DNA of 64,000 bases from Chlamydiales bacterium (GTDB lineage Bacteria > Chlamydiota > Chlamydiia > Chlamydiales > SM23-39), in the NCBI GenBank assembly GCA_035480615.1, contig DATIHO010000048.1, forward strand, positions 2,849 through 66,848. The letters run 5' to 3'. A model generated the notes under the pieces. The model had not been told where the DNA came from. It ran no database searches and saw only the letters and a program-made list of their open reading frames with translations. Made by a program: the position numbers and the translations under genes. Shown one piece after another: positions 43,962-52,944 of this stretch (the stretch's first letter is position 1; every line of letters starts with the position of its first letter).

Positions 43962-44857
43962 ACAAATTAAATATTTTGCCTGAAAATCCCGAATCGCAAA
44001 CAGCAGGCCGCTTCCCTTCCTGGTTGCATCGCAAGATCCCTAATGGAGGAGAGATTTTTCAAACAAATGCGATCTTGGAAAAATATAGGCTAAACACTGT
44101 ATGCGAAGAGGCCAAATGTCCGAACCGGCTTGAATGTTTCACGAAAAAAACGGCTACTTTTCTTGCCTTGGGAAAACAGTGCACTCGGAATTGTGGATTT
44201 TGCGCCATCGATTTTAGCAAAGCTCCAAAAGCTCCTGAGGCTGATGAACCGGAAAGGATTGCCTTATCGGTCAAAGAGCTTGGTCTCAAGCATGCTGTAA
44301 TTACTATGGTCGCAAGGGACGATCTTCCCGATGCGGGCGCTTCCCATATTGCAAGAATTGTCCGCTCTGTTCGGAAGAACAATCCCAATACGACAATCGA
44401 GCTTTTAACATCGGATCTATCGGGCAATTTTGAAGCCCTCGATCTCATCCTTTCGGAAAAACCGGAGATTTTCAACCACAATATAGAAACGGTCCGCTCC
44501 TTGTCTCCTCGCGTTCGGCATAATGCACAATATGATAGGACTTTGGGCATCCTGGAAACAGCGAAAAAATCTAAAAAGACCATTTTCGTCAAATCGGGAA
44601 TTATGGTAGGTCTTGGAGAAACGGAAAAAGAAGTGGAAGAAACCATTCAAGATTTACATCGAATTGGGGTAGATATCATTACGATCGGTCAATATTTACA
44701 GGCAAGCCGGCATAAATTACGAGTGAAATCATTTGTTACTCCCGAACAATTTGAAAAATATTCGGAAATAGGTCGCTCGCTCGGAGTGCCGCACATGTAT
44801 TCAGGCCCTTTTGTCCGTTCATCTTACAATGCGCATCTTTTTGTGAGAGACCGTTAA
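43958..44857 (+). CDS. lipA: Lipoyl synthase
   Basis: The start is set at MNKLNIL, overlapping the lpdA stop as ATGA. The clusters CEEAKCPNRLEC and the radical-SAM CTRNCGFC are present. Confidence 0.92.
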   Translation: MNKLNILPENPESQTAGRFPSWLHRKIPNGGEIFQTNAILEKYRLNTVCEEAKCPNRLECFTKKTATFLALGKQCTRNCGFCAIDFSKAPKAPEADEPERIALSVKELGLKHAVITMVARDDLPDAGASHIARIVRSVRKNNPNTTIELLTSDLSGNFEALDLILSEKPEIFNHNIETVRSLSPRVRHNAQYDRTLGILETAKKSKKTIFVKSGIMVGLGETEKEVEETIQDLHRIGVDIITIGQYLQASRHKLRVKSFVTPEQFEKYSEIGRSLGVPHMYSGPFVRSSYNAHLFVRDR

Positions 44858-44912
44858 CAGTCTCTTGGAGTCCTCTTGATGAAAAATACCCCCCTTCCTA
44901 TGGTGCAATTAG

Positions 44913-46208
44913 ATGCCCAAAAAAAAATCGATACAAGTTGCTACGATTATTCTTGCGGGAGGAAAAGGGACTCGTCTTCATCCTCTTACGCTCCACCATG
45001 CAAAACCTGCTGTTTCCTATGGCGGCCGCTATCGGCTGATTGACATCCCCATTTCAAATTCTATCAATTCTGATTTTCGACAAATTTTTGTAATCGCGCA
45101 ATATCTTTCCGGGGAACTACAGAATTACATCAACAAAACCTATCATTTTGATAATTGCAATCCAGGATCAATTGATATTTTAACTCCTCAAGGGACAAAG
45201 CATGGAAAAAAAACGACTTTTTCCGGAACGGCTGATGCCGTTCGGAAAAATCTTCCAACGATTCTTAAATCGAGCGCTGAGTATTTTCTCATTTTATCCG
45301 GAGACCAATTATACAATATCAATTTTCAAAGTATGGTCGCTTTTGCACGAGAAAAAAAAGCAGATCTCACAATTGCTTCCATTCCTGTGCATGAAAAAGA
45401 GGCGGAGCGGATGGGCCTTCTTAAAATCAATGGAGAGGCCCGGATCATCGATTTTGTTGAAAAACCGAAAGATCCCTCTCGATTGAAGCAGTTTCGATTA
45501 GGTGCGGAATTTTTTGAAAATTGGAACATCTCTCCTCGCAATGAGGCCTACTATTTAGGATCCATGGGAATTTATGTCTTCACACGAAGCGCGCTCATCG
45601 ATCTTCTCCATCAAGACAAACGGCACGACTTCGGTTATCATCTCATCGATACGGCAGTCAAAAACGGGAAAACATCGGCCTTCATTTATCATGGATATTG
45701 GGAAGATATTGGAACGGTCGCTTCTTATTATGAAGCAAATCTCATGTTAACCCATGCAACAAATCGGGGACTCGATACATATGATGAACAGCATCCAATT
45801 TATACGTGCCCTACATTTCTTCCTGGACCTAAAATCAAATCGACCGTCATCAAAGATTCTATTCTTTGCGAAGGCAGTATCATCGAAGCGAAAGAAATCA
45901 CAAATTGCGTCATCGGTTTGAGATCGCACGTAAAAAAAGGGACGATTTTGCGCAATACAGTAATGATGGGGAACCATTATGATTTTCCAACGCATCGTGA
46001 AAATCAATCGCTCGATGACTTTGCAATCGGGGAAAATTGTCTCATTGAAAAAGCGATCATTGATGAAAATGTTTGTATCGGCAATCGGGTCCATCTCGTC
46101 AATAAAGAAAAACGGGAGCGGTTTGATAGCAAGCAAGGTGTTTTTATCCGGGATGGGATCATTATTGTAACGGCCGGGACGCGCCTTCCAAACGGCTTCA
46201 AATTGTAA
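44913..46208 (+). CDS. glgC: Glucose-1-phosphate adenylyltransferase
   Basis: ILAGGKGTRLHPLT, SGTADAV, a LSGDQLY-type block, and a C-terminal beta-helix are present. Confidence 0.9.
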   Translation: MPKKKSIQVATIILAGGKGTRLHPLTLHHAKPAVSYGGRYRLIDIPISNSINSDFRQIFVIAQYLSGELQNYINKTYHFDNCNPGSIDILTPQGTKHGKKTTFSGTADAVRKNLPTILKSSAEYFLILSGDQLYNINFQSMVAFAREKKADLTIASIPVHEKEAERMGLLKINGEARIIDFVEKPKDPSRLKQFRLGAEFFENWNISPRNEAYYLGSMGIYVFTRSALIDLLHQDKRHDFGYHLIDTAVKNGKTSAFIYHGYWEDIGTVASYYEANLMLTHATNRGLDTYDEQHPIYTCPTFLPGPKIKSTVIKDSILCEGSIIEAKEITNCVIGLRSHVKKGTILRNTVMMGNHYDFPTHRENQSLDDFAIGENCLIEKAIIDENVCIGNRVHLVNKEKRERFDSKQGVFIRDGIIIVTAGTRLPNGFKL

Positions 46209-46665
46209 CCTGTTTCACTGCAATCCGATATGTATAAATTTTAGGTTTCTTGGAAAGCTCGGGCTTGAATTGGATTTTTACGTAAACCATTCGGTAATGC
46301 TCTTCTTCCATTCCCTGTTTTTCCCCTTTTCCAAATAAAGTATAAGAACGATCGATTTTTTTTGGTGTTCGTCCTGGCAGTTGGATGGTGATTGGATTTA
46401 AAGAGAAAGGCCCTGTGGTGAGATGATGTTTTGGGATTTTTTCGAAGGGAATTGCATTTTTTAACATCAGTTCCTCGATCTCGGAAAACGTCCAGTCAGC
46501 CAGCCGGTCTCTTTCAATCTCTTCGAGAAGAACGATTTCAGATTGGTAAGCGCGAATGGGTTGTAAAATCAGGGGAATGGCGCAAAGAATCACCAAAGAA
46601 AGAGCCAGTAACACTTCAAGTAGAAGAAATGGCCTCAAAGACTGCCCGCGACAACAATCTCTCAC
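46198..46665 (-). CDS. Hypothetical protein with a pseudopilin-like N-terminal segment
   Basis: The proposed GTG start (complement of 46663-46665) overlaps the upstream stop as GTGA. The N-terminus RPFLLLEVLLALSLVILCAI resembles a degenerate prepilin methylation motif with the conserved Glu. Confidence 0.35.
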   Translation of the reverse strand: MRDCCRGQSLRPFLLLEVLLALSLVILCAIPLILQPIRAYQSEIVLLEEIERDRLADWTFSEIEELMLKNAIPFEKIPKHHLTTGPFSLNPITIQLPGRTPKKIDRSYTLFGKGEKQGMEEEHYRMVYVKIQFKPELSKKPKIYTYRIAVKQVTI

Positions 46666-47417
46666 AACACTGCAATAGGTTGATGGCGAATATAATCGGT
46701 AGATGCTAAAAAATAGCTCACTCCGCGGCTTACTCCAAACAGCGAGCAATTCGATTTCACATTATGAAGATGTCCAAAAACGCAAATCTGAATCTGGTTT
46801 TGTTCCAAGATCTGAGACGCTCGCGAAGGCTGCAGATCCGCTCCAATCGGAGGATAGTGGGTCATGGCGATCCGGATCTTCGCATTGGGATTCATTTGTT
46901 TTAGGCTCATCTTAAGCCGTTCCAATTCGCGAGCAAAGATTTTTTGTGAAAATTCTTCCTGGATCACTTCCTCCCTATTCCCTGAAGACTTTTTACGAGG
47001 ATTTTCTTGAAATTCAATAAATTGATCAAACCGATATTCAGGAGTGTCCCATAGCCTTGCTCCCCCAATTGCTGCGTCGCGCCAATGAAACGCATTGTTT
47101 TGGATCAAATGGATAGAAGGGGGAAGGATTGCAGAAACTTGTTTTAAAGATCCCCACCAGTAATCATGATTGCCTTTGATCATCACTTTCGTTCCCGGTA
47201 AATGATGGATCCAGGCAAGATCAACAGCCGCTTCCTCAAGACGCATCGCCCAAGAGATATCGCCCGGAATTAAGACGAGATCCTCGGGATGAACGAGAGC
47301 CTTCCAGTGGGTCGCGATTTTTTCTGCATGGTTCTCCCATGCAGAACCGAAAATGTCCATTTTCTTTTCCGGGACTCCAAAACTCAAGTGTAAATCGCCA
47401 ATCGTCCAAATATGCAT
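46662..47417 (-). CDS. Metallophosphoesterase (calcineurin-like)
   Basis: The motifs are GDLHL, GDISWA, GNHDYWW, HYPP and GHLH. Confidence 0.75.
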   Translation of the reverse strand: MHIWTIGDLHLSFGVPEKKMDIFGSAWENHAEKIATHWKALVHPEDLVLIPGDISWAMRLEEAAVDLAWIHHLPGTKVMIKGNHDYWWGSLKQVSAILPPSIHLIQNNAFHWRDAAIGGARLWDTPEYRFDQFIEFQENPRKKSSGNREEVIQEEFSQKIFARELERLKMSLKQMNPNAKIRIAMTHYPPIGADLQPSRASQILEQNQIQICVFGHLHNVKSNCSLFGVSRGVSYFLASTDYIRHQPIAVL

Positions 47418-47464
47418 GCCGATTTTGCATCATTTTGGATATCAGGTTACGCAAGAGGCCTATT

Positions 47465-48124
47465 TTATGGAAGATAATGATACACTCCAGTCTCTTCATT
47501 AAGTTTACAATATCCACGTTCTGCCAAATTTTCGATTCGCGAATTTACATAGTCTTGCGTAAGAGGGCTGGGATGAATTCTAGTAGCATAAGATTTGCAT
47601 TTTTGATGAATTTCTTCTTTTGTAAGAGGTTTTGTTGTCAAATGATTACCCGAGGTCAGTAAAGCTACAATCCAGCCATCAACCTCAGAGTCCGTAAGTT
47701 CTATATGAGGAAGCCTCATATTTTGAAGGTAATGTTCACCATCAACATTTATTGCAATTTTATCATTATGAATACAATACCACCTTCCACTATATCTACA
47801 AAACATAGTTAGTCGATTCGTTAATTGAGTTTCTAGTAATGGAAAATATCTTTTTACGACTGAAATCACAGAGCTAACTGTATTATGATTTGGCAACAAC
47901 CGTAAAATGGATGAGTTTTTCTGATCATATCGGATATCACCAAATCGAATTCGCAAATCCCCCAATTCGGCCCTACAATGAGCACATTTGTTCAACATTT
48001 GATCACAGATGGCACAGACTTTTTGAAAACAACAGGACGAATAAACAATTGATGAAGAAGGAAGGTTCTCCCGAAAGCAAACAGGGCACTCAGATCGACC
48101 TATTTTTTGAGCATCACTTGACAT
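47465..48124 (-). CDS. Hypothetical protein with an N-terminal RING-finger-like Cys cluster
   Basis: The cluster is CPVC-x14-CCFQKVCAIC-x6-CAHC. It has eight Cys residues spaced as in IAP/XIAP-type short RINGs (C-x2-C...C-x-H-x3-C-x2-C-x6-C-x2-C), but Cys/Phe replace the Gly-His. The gene is noticeably AT-rich. Confidence 0.45.
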   Translation of the reverse strand: MSSDAQKIGRSECPVCFRENLPSSSIVYSSCCFQKVCAICDQMLNKCAHCRAELGDLRIRFGDIRYDQKNSSILRLLPNHNTVSSVISVVKRYFPLLETQLTNRLTMFCRYSGRWYCIHNDKIAINVDGEHYLQNMRLPHIELTDSEVDGWIVALLTSGNHLTTKPLTKEEIHQKCKSYATRIHPSPLTQDYVNSRIENLAERGYCKLNEETGVYHYLP

Positions 48125-48194
48125 GTATCCTCCTCACATCCTTGTGAAGATGGATAATAGTAGTTGAAAACTATATAATATCATAGGAATATGC

Positions 48195-48872
48195 ATGGAT
48201 GAAAAACACGTATTTTGGGTTCTTTTGAGCCAATGTGCGATAAAAAAAGCTGCGAAACGCACTGTGTTTTTATTGGAAATCCTGATCGGGCTTTTCCTGA
48301 TATCCATTCTCGTTTCCTGTCTTTTTACCTCTATGGCCAAAAGCGCTTTTTTTGAAAAAAAAATCGAATTTACAAGAAATGCGATCTTGGAGCGCCAGCA
48401 CCTGCAAACGTATCTCCAGGATCTTTTTTTATCCCAATATTCGATGTACACCAAAAAACTTGGAAATGAGAAAAACAAGAGTCTGATTGCTGTTTTTGAT
48501 CATGGCATCGATCCGGATCCGGCGTTTAGCGGCTCGGTGCTCGCAAGACTTTATGTGGATGATGAGAGGAATCTGGCTCTTGCTATTTGGCCGATGGAAA
48601 AAAAAGAAAAAACACGCCTTTGGCGCAAAATCAATCTCCTACCTCAAGTAGAAACGTTTCAGATTCTATTTCTGGGAAGCAAAACACGAGACTCTGCTTT
48701 TCCTGTAAACGAAGAACTTGCCTGGAATAATGATTGGCCGAAAGAACGTCAAGAATCCCCCTTGATGATCCGTCTTTTGATCAAGCAAAAAGAGGGCTCT
48801 ATTTCTTACGCGTTTTTCACTTCCGCTGTTTCGCTTGTCTCCTACCAGCAGAAAGGAACAGTAAGTCAATGA
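48195..48872 (+). CDS. Hypothetical protein with a pseudopilin-like N-terminal segment
   Basis: KRTVFLLEILIGLFLISILV resembles a degenerate prepilin leader plus a hydrophobic helix with Glu. No other family signal was seen. Confidence 0.4.
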   Translation: MDEKHVFWVLLSQCAIKKAAKRTVFLLEILIGLFLISILVSCLFTSMAKSAFFEKKIEFTRNAILERQHLQTYLQDLFLSQYSMYTKKLGNEKNKSLIAVFDHGIDPDPAFSGSVLARLYVDDERNLALAIWPMEKKEKTRLWRKINLLPQVETFQILFLGSKTRDSAFPVNEELAWNNDWPKERQESPLMIRLLIKQKEGSISYAFFTSAVSLVSYQQKGTVSQ

Positions 48873-49735
48873 ATATCATTGGATTCGTGCTTTGTATTTT
48901 GTGTATTCTTTCTTTTAGCGCTATCGCCTCATTCCAAAAACAGATGGATTCCTATAGACTGAGAAGAAGCTATCTCGGCCACTTTGCCGCCAACCGTCAA
49001 ATTTTCGATCAGATAATCAGTGAATTTTATGCATCTTTCAAACAAAAATCTGGCCATAAAGAACACGCAACTAACGATTTTAAGCCAAAAACGGAAAATC
49101 CACCACCACCACCTCCTCCTATTAACGGTTCTTGCGCACGGCTCAATCTCTTCCCTCTAATTCATCGAAATATTGAAGATGTGCGGAGCCATTATGAAAC
49201 CGCTGCCCATATTCTCAAGATATTATATGGAGACACTCTTTTTGATAATAAGGCACAATCCGAATACAAATTTTTGGATGCTCTGTTAAAGGAGATTCGC
49301 AATAAAATGGTTAAAGATGAGTTTACGGCTCTTGAAAAAATATCTTTTAAAGATGGGAACGTCCAAAAGATGTATTATAAAATGCTTAAGGGCACCAAGA
49401 TAAATGGATATCTTTCTCTTCTCGATTACTTCAAATTTGAGCCCGTTTCTTCAAAAATCTGCCTTTTTCATGCCCATCCCACCCTTCTTTCTATTTTATT
49501 TACTCCCAAAGGGGCAGATAAACTGTATGCTGCATTGCATGCTTCGCAAGCGCCGGCGGTTACTCAGGAAAGCATTGAGCGGATCTGTCAAGAAGTGCAT
49601 GCTCCTTGCCCCCCTGCGTTCGATCTTTTTGAAATCAAACGGAAAAATCACGAAAAACCCTCAAAGGGTACCTTTATTGGGGAAGATTCCGAATACCGAA
49701 TCTTTCTAAGAAAAGAAGTTATATACCCAAAATGA
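48869..49735 (+). CDS. Hypothetical membrane-anchored protein with a poly-Pro stretch
   Basis: The start is set at MNIIGFVLCILCILSF, overlapping the upstream stop as ATGA. A PPPPPPPI run is present. The last codons YPK-stop lie in the repeat at 49722-49736. Confidence 0.45.
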   Translation: MNIIGFVLCILCILSFSAIASFQKQMDSYRLRRSYLGHFAANRQIFDQIISEFYASFKQKSGHKEHATNDFKPKTENPPPPPPPINGSCARLNLFPLIHRNIEDVRSHYETAAHILKILYGDTLFDNKAQSEYKFLDALLKEIRNKMVKDEFTALEKISFKDGNVQKMYYKMLKGTKINGYLSLLDYFKFEPVSSKICLFHAHPTLLSILFTPKGADKLYAALHASQAPAVTQESIERICQEVHAPCPPAFDLFEIKRKNHEKPSKGTFIGEDSEYRIFLRKEVIYPK

Positions 49736-49736
49736 T
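49722..49736 (+). repeat. Left half of a perfect 15-bp inverted repeat (TATACCCAAAATGAT)
   Basis: Its partner ATCATTTTGGGTATA is at 50564-50578. The core is the same as in hairpin modules A, B and E. Confidence 0.9.
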
Positions 49737-49878
49737 TCTTGGATTGGATTTAGGCTGACTGTTCTTGTTTTTGAGTGTACTTTGGTGTGGATTTTTGCTA
49801 TGATGGGCCCTCTGATGGCACAGAGGGCCAGGAGGATCGAAGCGATCTGGATAATAACCGTAAGAAAGTGAGCATGCT

Positions 49879-50088
49879 ATGGCTGTTCGAGATAAGAATA
49901 AGGTGGTTCGGTCAAAGAAGAACACTACCCGTAAACGCAGGGTGAAGAAGAAATTGGCGGTTCGCCCAGTTCCTAAAAAATCCGTTATGTCCAAGATATC
50001 CATTTTAGAGAAGTCGGGATTAATAGGATGTCTGACAGGAACGGGTGTTACGAGCAAAAATTACAAAGACCTTTTGCTTAAGGCATAG
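49879..50088 (+). CDS. Putative VapB-like antitoxin
   Basis: 69 aa, ending 10 nt before the PIN gene. The C-terminal KISILEKSGLIGCLTGTGVTSKNYKDLL resembles antitoxins found with PIN toxins. The very basic N-terminus is unusual, so the start is uncertain. Confidence 0.4.
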   Translation: MAVRDKNKVVRSKKNTTRKRRVKKKLAVRPVPKKSVMSKISILEKSGLIGCLTGTGVTSKNYKDLLLKA

Positions 50089-50097
50089 TGCTATCTC

Positions 50098-50535
50098 GTG
50101 TTCGAGTTTTCAAAAAAGCTTCTTATCGATACTGGGTTCGTGGTCGCGTTGTTTAATGCTGATGATGAGCATCATGCAAATGCCAGAACAATAGTAGAAA
50201 AGATCAAGGAGCTAAAATGGTACACGACTTCTTTCGTTGTCCAGGAGATTTTTTGGCTTCTTTCTCAAAGGAAGAGTTTCTCCATCGCGTGTGCATTCTT
50301 ATTAAAAGTTCCGTCCCTGTTCGTCTTACCTAATCTGCCTCAAGATTGGCCTATACGAGTTGCGAATATTGTGCGTCGATATTCTTCTGCGAAAATTGAC
50401 TTGGCGGATGCATCATTGGTCGTACTCGCAGATCATTTAAAAACAGGACAGATTGTCTCTATAGATAGGAAAGATTTTTCCATTTTGCGCTGGACCGGGG
50501 GACGAAGTCATTTTTATAATCTGATGGATGAATGA
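50098..50535 (+). CDS. vapC: PIN-domain ribonuclease toxin VapC
   Basis: GTG start. The conserved acidic residues are in the expected contexts: LIDTGF, VQEIFW, DLADAS and SIDRKDF. Confidence 0.8.
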   Translation: MFEFSKKLLIDTGFVVALFNADDEHHANARTIVEKIKELKWYTTSFVVQEIFWLLSQRKSFSIACAFLLKVPSLFVLPNLPQDWPIRVANIVRRYSSAKIDLADASLVVLADHLKTGQIVSIDRKDFSILRWTGGRSHFYNLMDE

Positions 50536-50563
50536 TTCGCCATGCAAAAGAGAAGTGCGAAAG

Positions 50564-50578
50564 ATCATTTTGGGTATA
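50564..50578 (-). repeat. Right half of the perfect 15-bp inverted repeat (ATCATTTTGGGTATA)
   Basis: It is the reverse complement of 49722-49736. It encodes the YPK-stop ending of the minus-strand histidine kinase. Confidence 0.9.
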
Positions 50579-51908
50579 CCATTCGCAACGGTAAATCAAC
50601 TATGAAAGTGCTTCCGGCCCCGGGTGTTGAGGCGACAGATATTGTTCCCATATGTTTTTCGACAATCGTTTTCACGATAGACAAACCCAGCCCCGCTCCA
50701 CCTGATTTACGGGATCGAGCCTTATCGACCGTATAGAACCGGTCGAAGATATGGAGAATATCAGACTCCGGTATTCCTATGCCGTTATCTTGGACATGGA
50801 GCAGTACCCTACTCTCTTTTTTTTGGATCTTTATATCAATATTTGTAGGAACTGAGGAATACTTGATCCCATTTTCAATGAGATTCATGATGGCCAAATC
50901 GAGGAGATGCGCATCTCCAAGAATGGAGGCGGATTGCAGTTCGCTTTGAAAAGAAATGTGCGCGGATAAATGCACTGTCATCGCAAATTGTTTTGCATGC
51001 TCCGCGATCCATACAAGGTCTGTAAGCTGGAGCTTGTCTTGTGAATAATTTTCAATGTCCGCAAGGGTAAGTAAGCTTTTAATGAGATTTTCCAGTCGAT
51101 GGGAAGTGCGAACAATTTTTTCAAGAACGTCTTGAAGCATTTGCGGAGAAAGGTTAGGGAAATCTTGTAATGTTTCCGCAAATCCGCGGATGATGGTAAT
51201 CGGAGTTTTTAACTCATGCGACGCATTGGCAATGAAATCTTTTCCCATTTCAACTACTTTAAAATCAGAGCTTTTGTCTTGTAAAACTAAAATGACCCCT
51301 CGTTGAAATCGGGTAGCCGCTACCACTTCGAGATAAATTCCCCTTTTGCTTTCATGCCAACTTTTTTTAACTAACTGAGAAGTTTTCAATACCTCCTGAA
51401 TCAGTTCATGGCAAAGCAAAGCTAAATCTTTTTGCATCCCATCAATTCGATTCAGCGGAATCGATAAAAGTTCAGCACGAGAAACTCCAAGAAATTTGCA
51501 CGCCCATTCATTCGCAAATGTTGTTTTGGCCTGCATATCAGTCGCTATGACCCCTTCTCCCAAAGATTCGAGGATCTCTTCAACTTCCCTCCGAGCCAGT
51601 TTCAGACGGACGATTTGTTTTTCGAGATTTTCATTCATTGCATTCAAGACGGCCGCAATTTTTTCAAACTCTTCTTTTGAATAGCTGCGGATAAGATTCG
51701 CGGTTTTTCGAAAAGGGGATCCCCGTTTCATGAATATTAAAAAAAAATAAATCAAAAACTCGGCCCCTAAAATAAGAAGCATGATTCGAAATTCAACATT
51801 TAAAAATAGGTTCAGGACAAGAAAACAAAAAATAATAAGATTTATATCTTTGCGGATTCTAAGAGACCGTCGCATAGAAATTTTCCGAGCCTGTTTCTGT
51901 GACAACAA
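50565..51908 (-). CDS. Sensor histidine kinase (TM, PAS, HisKA and HATPase_c domains)
   Basis: The PAS-like segment is ILESLGEGVIATD. The H-box is ANASHELKTPITIIRG, the N-box LIENGIKYS and the G-boxes DNGIGIP and GGAGLGLSIV. No response regulator is adjacent. The 5' end overlaps the upstream gene, so the start is uncertain. Confidence 0.85.
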   Translation of the reverse strand: MLSQKQARKISMRRSLRIRKDINLIIFCFLVLNLFLNVEFRIMLLILGAEFLIYFFLIFMKRGSPFRKTANLIRSYSKEEFEKIAAVLNAMNENLEKQIVRLKLARREVEEILESLGEGVIATDMQAKTTFANEWACKFLGVSRAELLSIPLNRIDGMQKDLALLCHELIQEVLKTSQLVKKSWHESKRGIYLEVVAATRFQRGVILVLQDKSSDFKVVEMGKDFIANASHELKTPITIIRGFAETLQDFPNLSPQMLQDVLEKIVRTSHRLENLIKSLLTLADIENYSQDKLQLTDLVWIAEHAKQFAMTVHLSAHISFQSELQSASILGDAHLLDLAIMNLIENGIKYSSVPTNIDIKIQKKESRVLLHVQDNGIGIPESDILHIFDRFYTVDKARSRKSGGAGLGLSIVKTIVEKHMGTISVASTPGAGSTFIVDLPLRMVYPK

Positions 51909-52944
51909 ATGTGTTTTCGTATCTCACTCCCCCCTCTCCCGGCAAATAAAGTCCGGGCTCGATGGTAAATACCATATTGGGCCGCAAGAGGAGATCCCGA
52001 TCTTCGCTGTCAAAGCGGATGACCGGGTGTTCATGCACATCAATTCCCACTCCATGTCCCAGGCCATGCGAAAAAAGCTGCTCCACCCCTTCCTTCGCAA
52101 AAAAAGAGCGGACGATTTCATCCAATTGTCCAAGCCTCGTGCCAGGCCGAATGGCGCTCGCTGCCCTGTCATGAGCCTCTTTCACCAATCGATACAATCG
52201 GTCCAGGACAGAAGCAGGTTGGCCGAAAAAGAAAACTCGAGTCATATCAGCTGCGTAATTCTGCACAATGGAACCGAGATCGAAAAGGGCAATCTGGTTT
52301 TTTTGCAAATGAGCTTTTCCTGTCCGATAATGAGGAAACGCGCTATTCAATCCAAAAGCCACGATTGGATCAAAGCTGCATTTTGATGCGCCCTGCCTGC
52401 GGCAATAGATTTCAAATTCCAATCCGAGTTCCTGCTCCGAGATCCCCTCCTTTAATTTTGCCAAAATAGAGCGAAATCCATCAGATGTAATGCGCGCAGC
52501 TTCTTTTAAAGCGGCGATCTCTCCCTCGTCTTTGCAAACGCGAAGCTCTTTCAGCGGGCGGGGAATCGGAATCCACTCTTTTGAGGGAATGGAATGCTGC
52601 ATTGCGAAAGACCGATCCACCGTCATAAAAGCGCTATCGAATCCCACTCTTTTTGCTTTTTCCAATTCTTTCCCAAGGACGTTTTTTTCCGCTAAAATGA
52701 CGTTGCACGGGACGGTTTTTTTAGCGTGTTCGAAATATCTTCCATCGACGATGAGCGATGCTGTGTCCGGCGTTAAAAGAATCGTTGCGAGCGAAAACCA
52801 CTGATTGGTTAAATAAAAGATATCCGAGGGGTTTTCGATCATCAATGCGTCTACTTTAAAATCGGCCATATAATTGCACGCACGACCCAACCTCATGAAT
52901 CCTCCAATATTTTTTTCAGCTGTTCTATGTTGACATTCTTCCAA
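51859..52944 (-). CDS. M24 family Xaa-Pro aminopeptidase
   Basis: The metal-ligand blocks are FDLGSIVQNYAADMTR, HGLGHGVGIDVHE, IEPGLY and VRYENT. The start is probably at MRLGRACNY (~52896), just after the mutL stop. Confidence 0.85.
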   Translation of the reverse strand: MEECQHRTAEKNIGGFMRLGRACNYMADFKVDALMIENPSDIFYLTNQWFSLATILLTPDTASLIVDGRYFEHAKKTVPCNVILAEKNVLGKELEKAKRVGFDSAFMTVDRSFAMQHSIPSKEWIPIPRPLKELRVCKDEGEIAALKEAARITSDGFRSILAKLKEGISEQELGLEFEIYCRRQGASKCSFDPIVAFGLNSAFPHYRTGKAHLQKNQIALFDLGSIVQNYAADMTRVFFFGQPASVLDRLYRLVKEAHDRAASAIRPGTRLGQLDEIVRSFFAKEGVEQLFSHGLGHGVGIDVHEHPVIRFDSEDRDLLLRPNMVFTIEPGLYLPGEGGVRYENTFVVTETGSENFYATVS

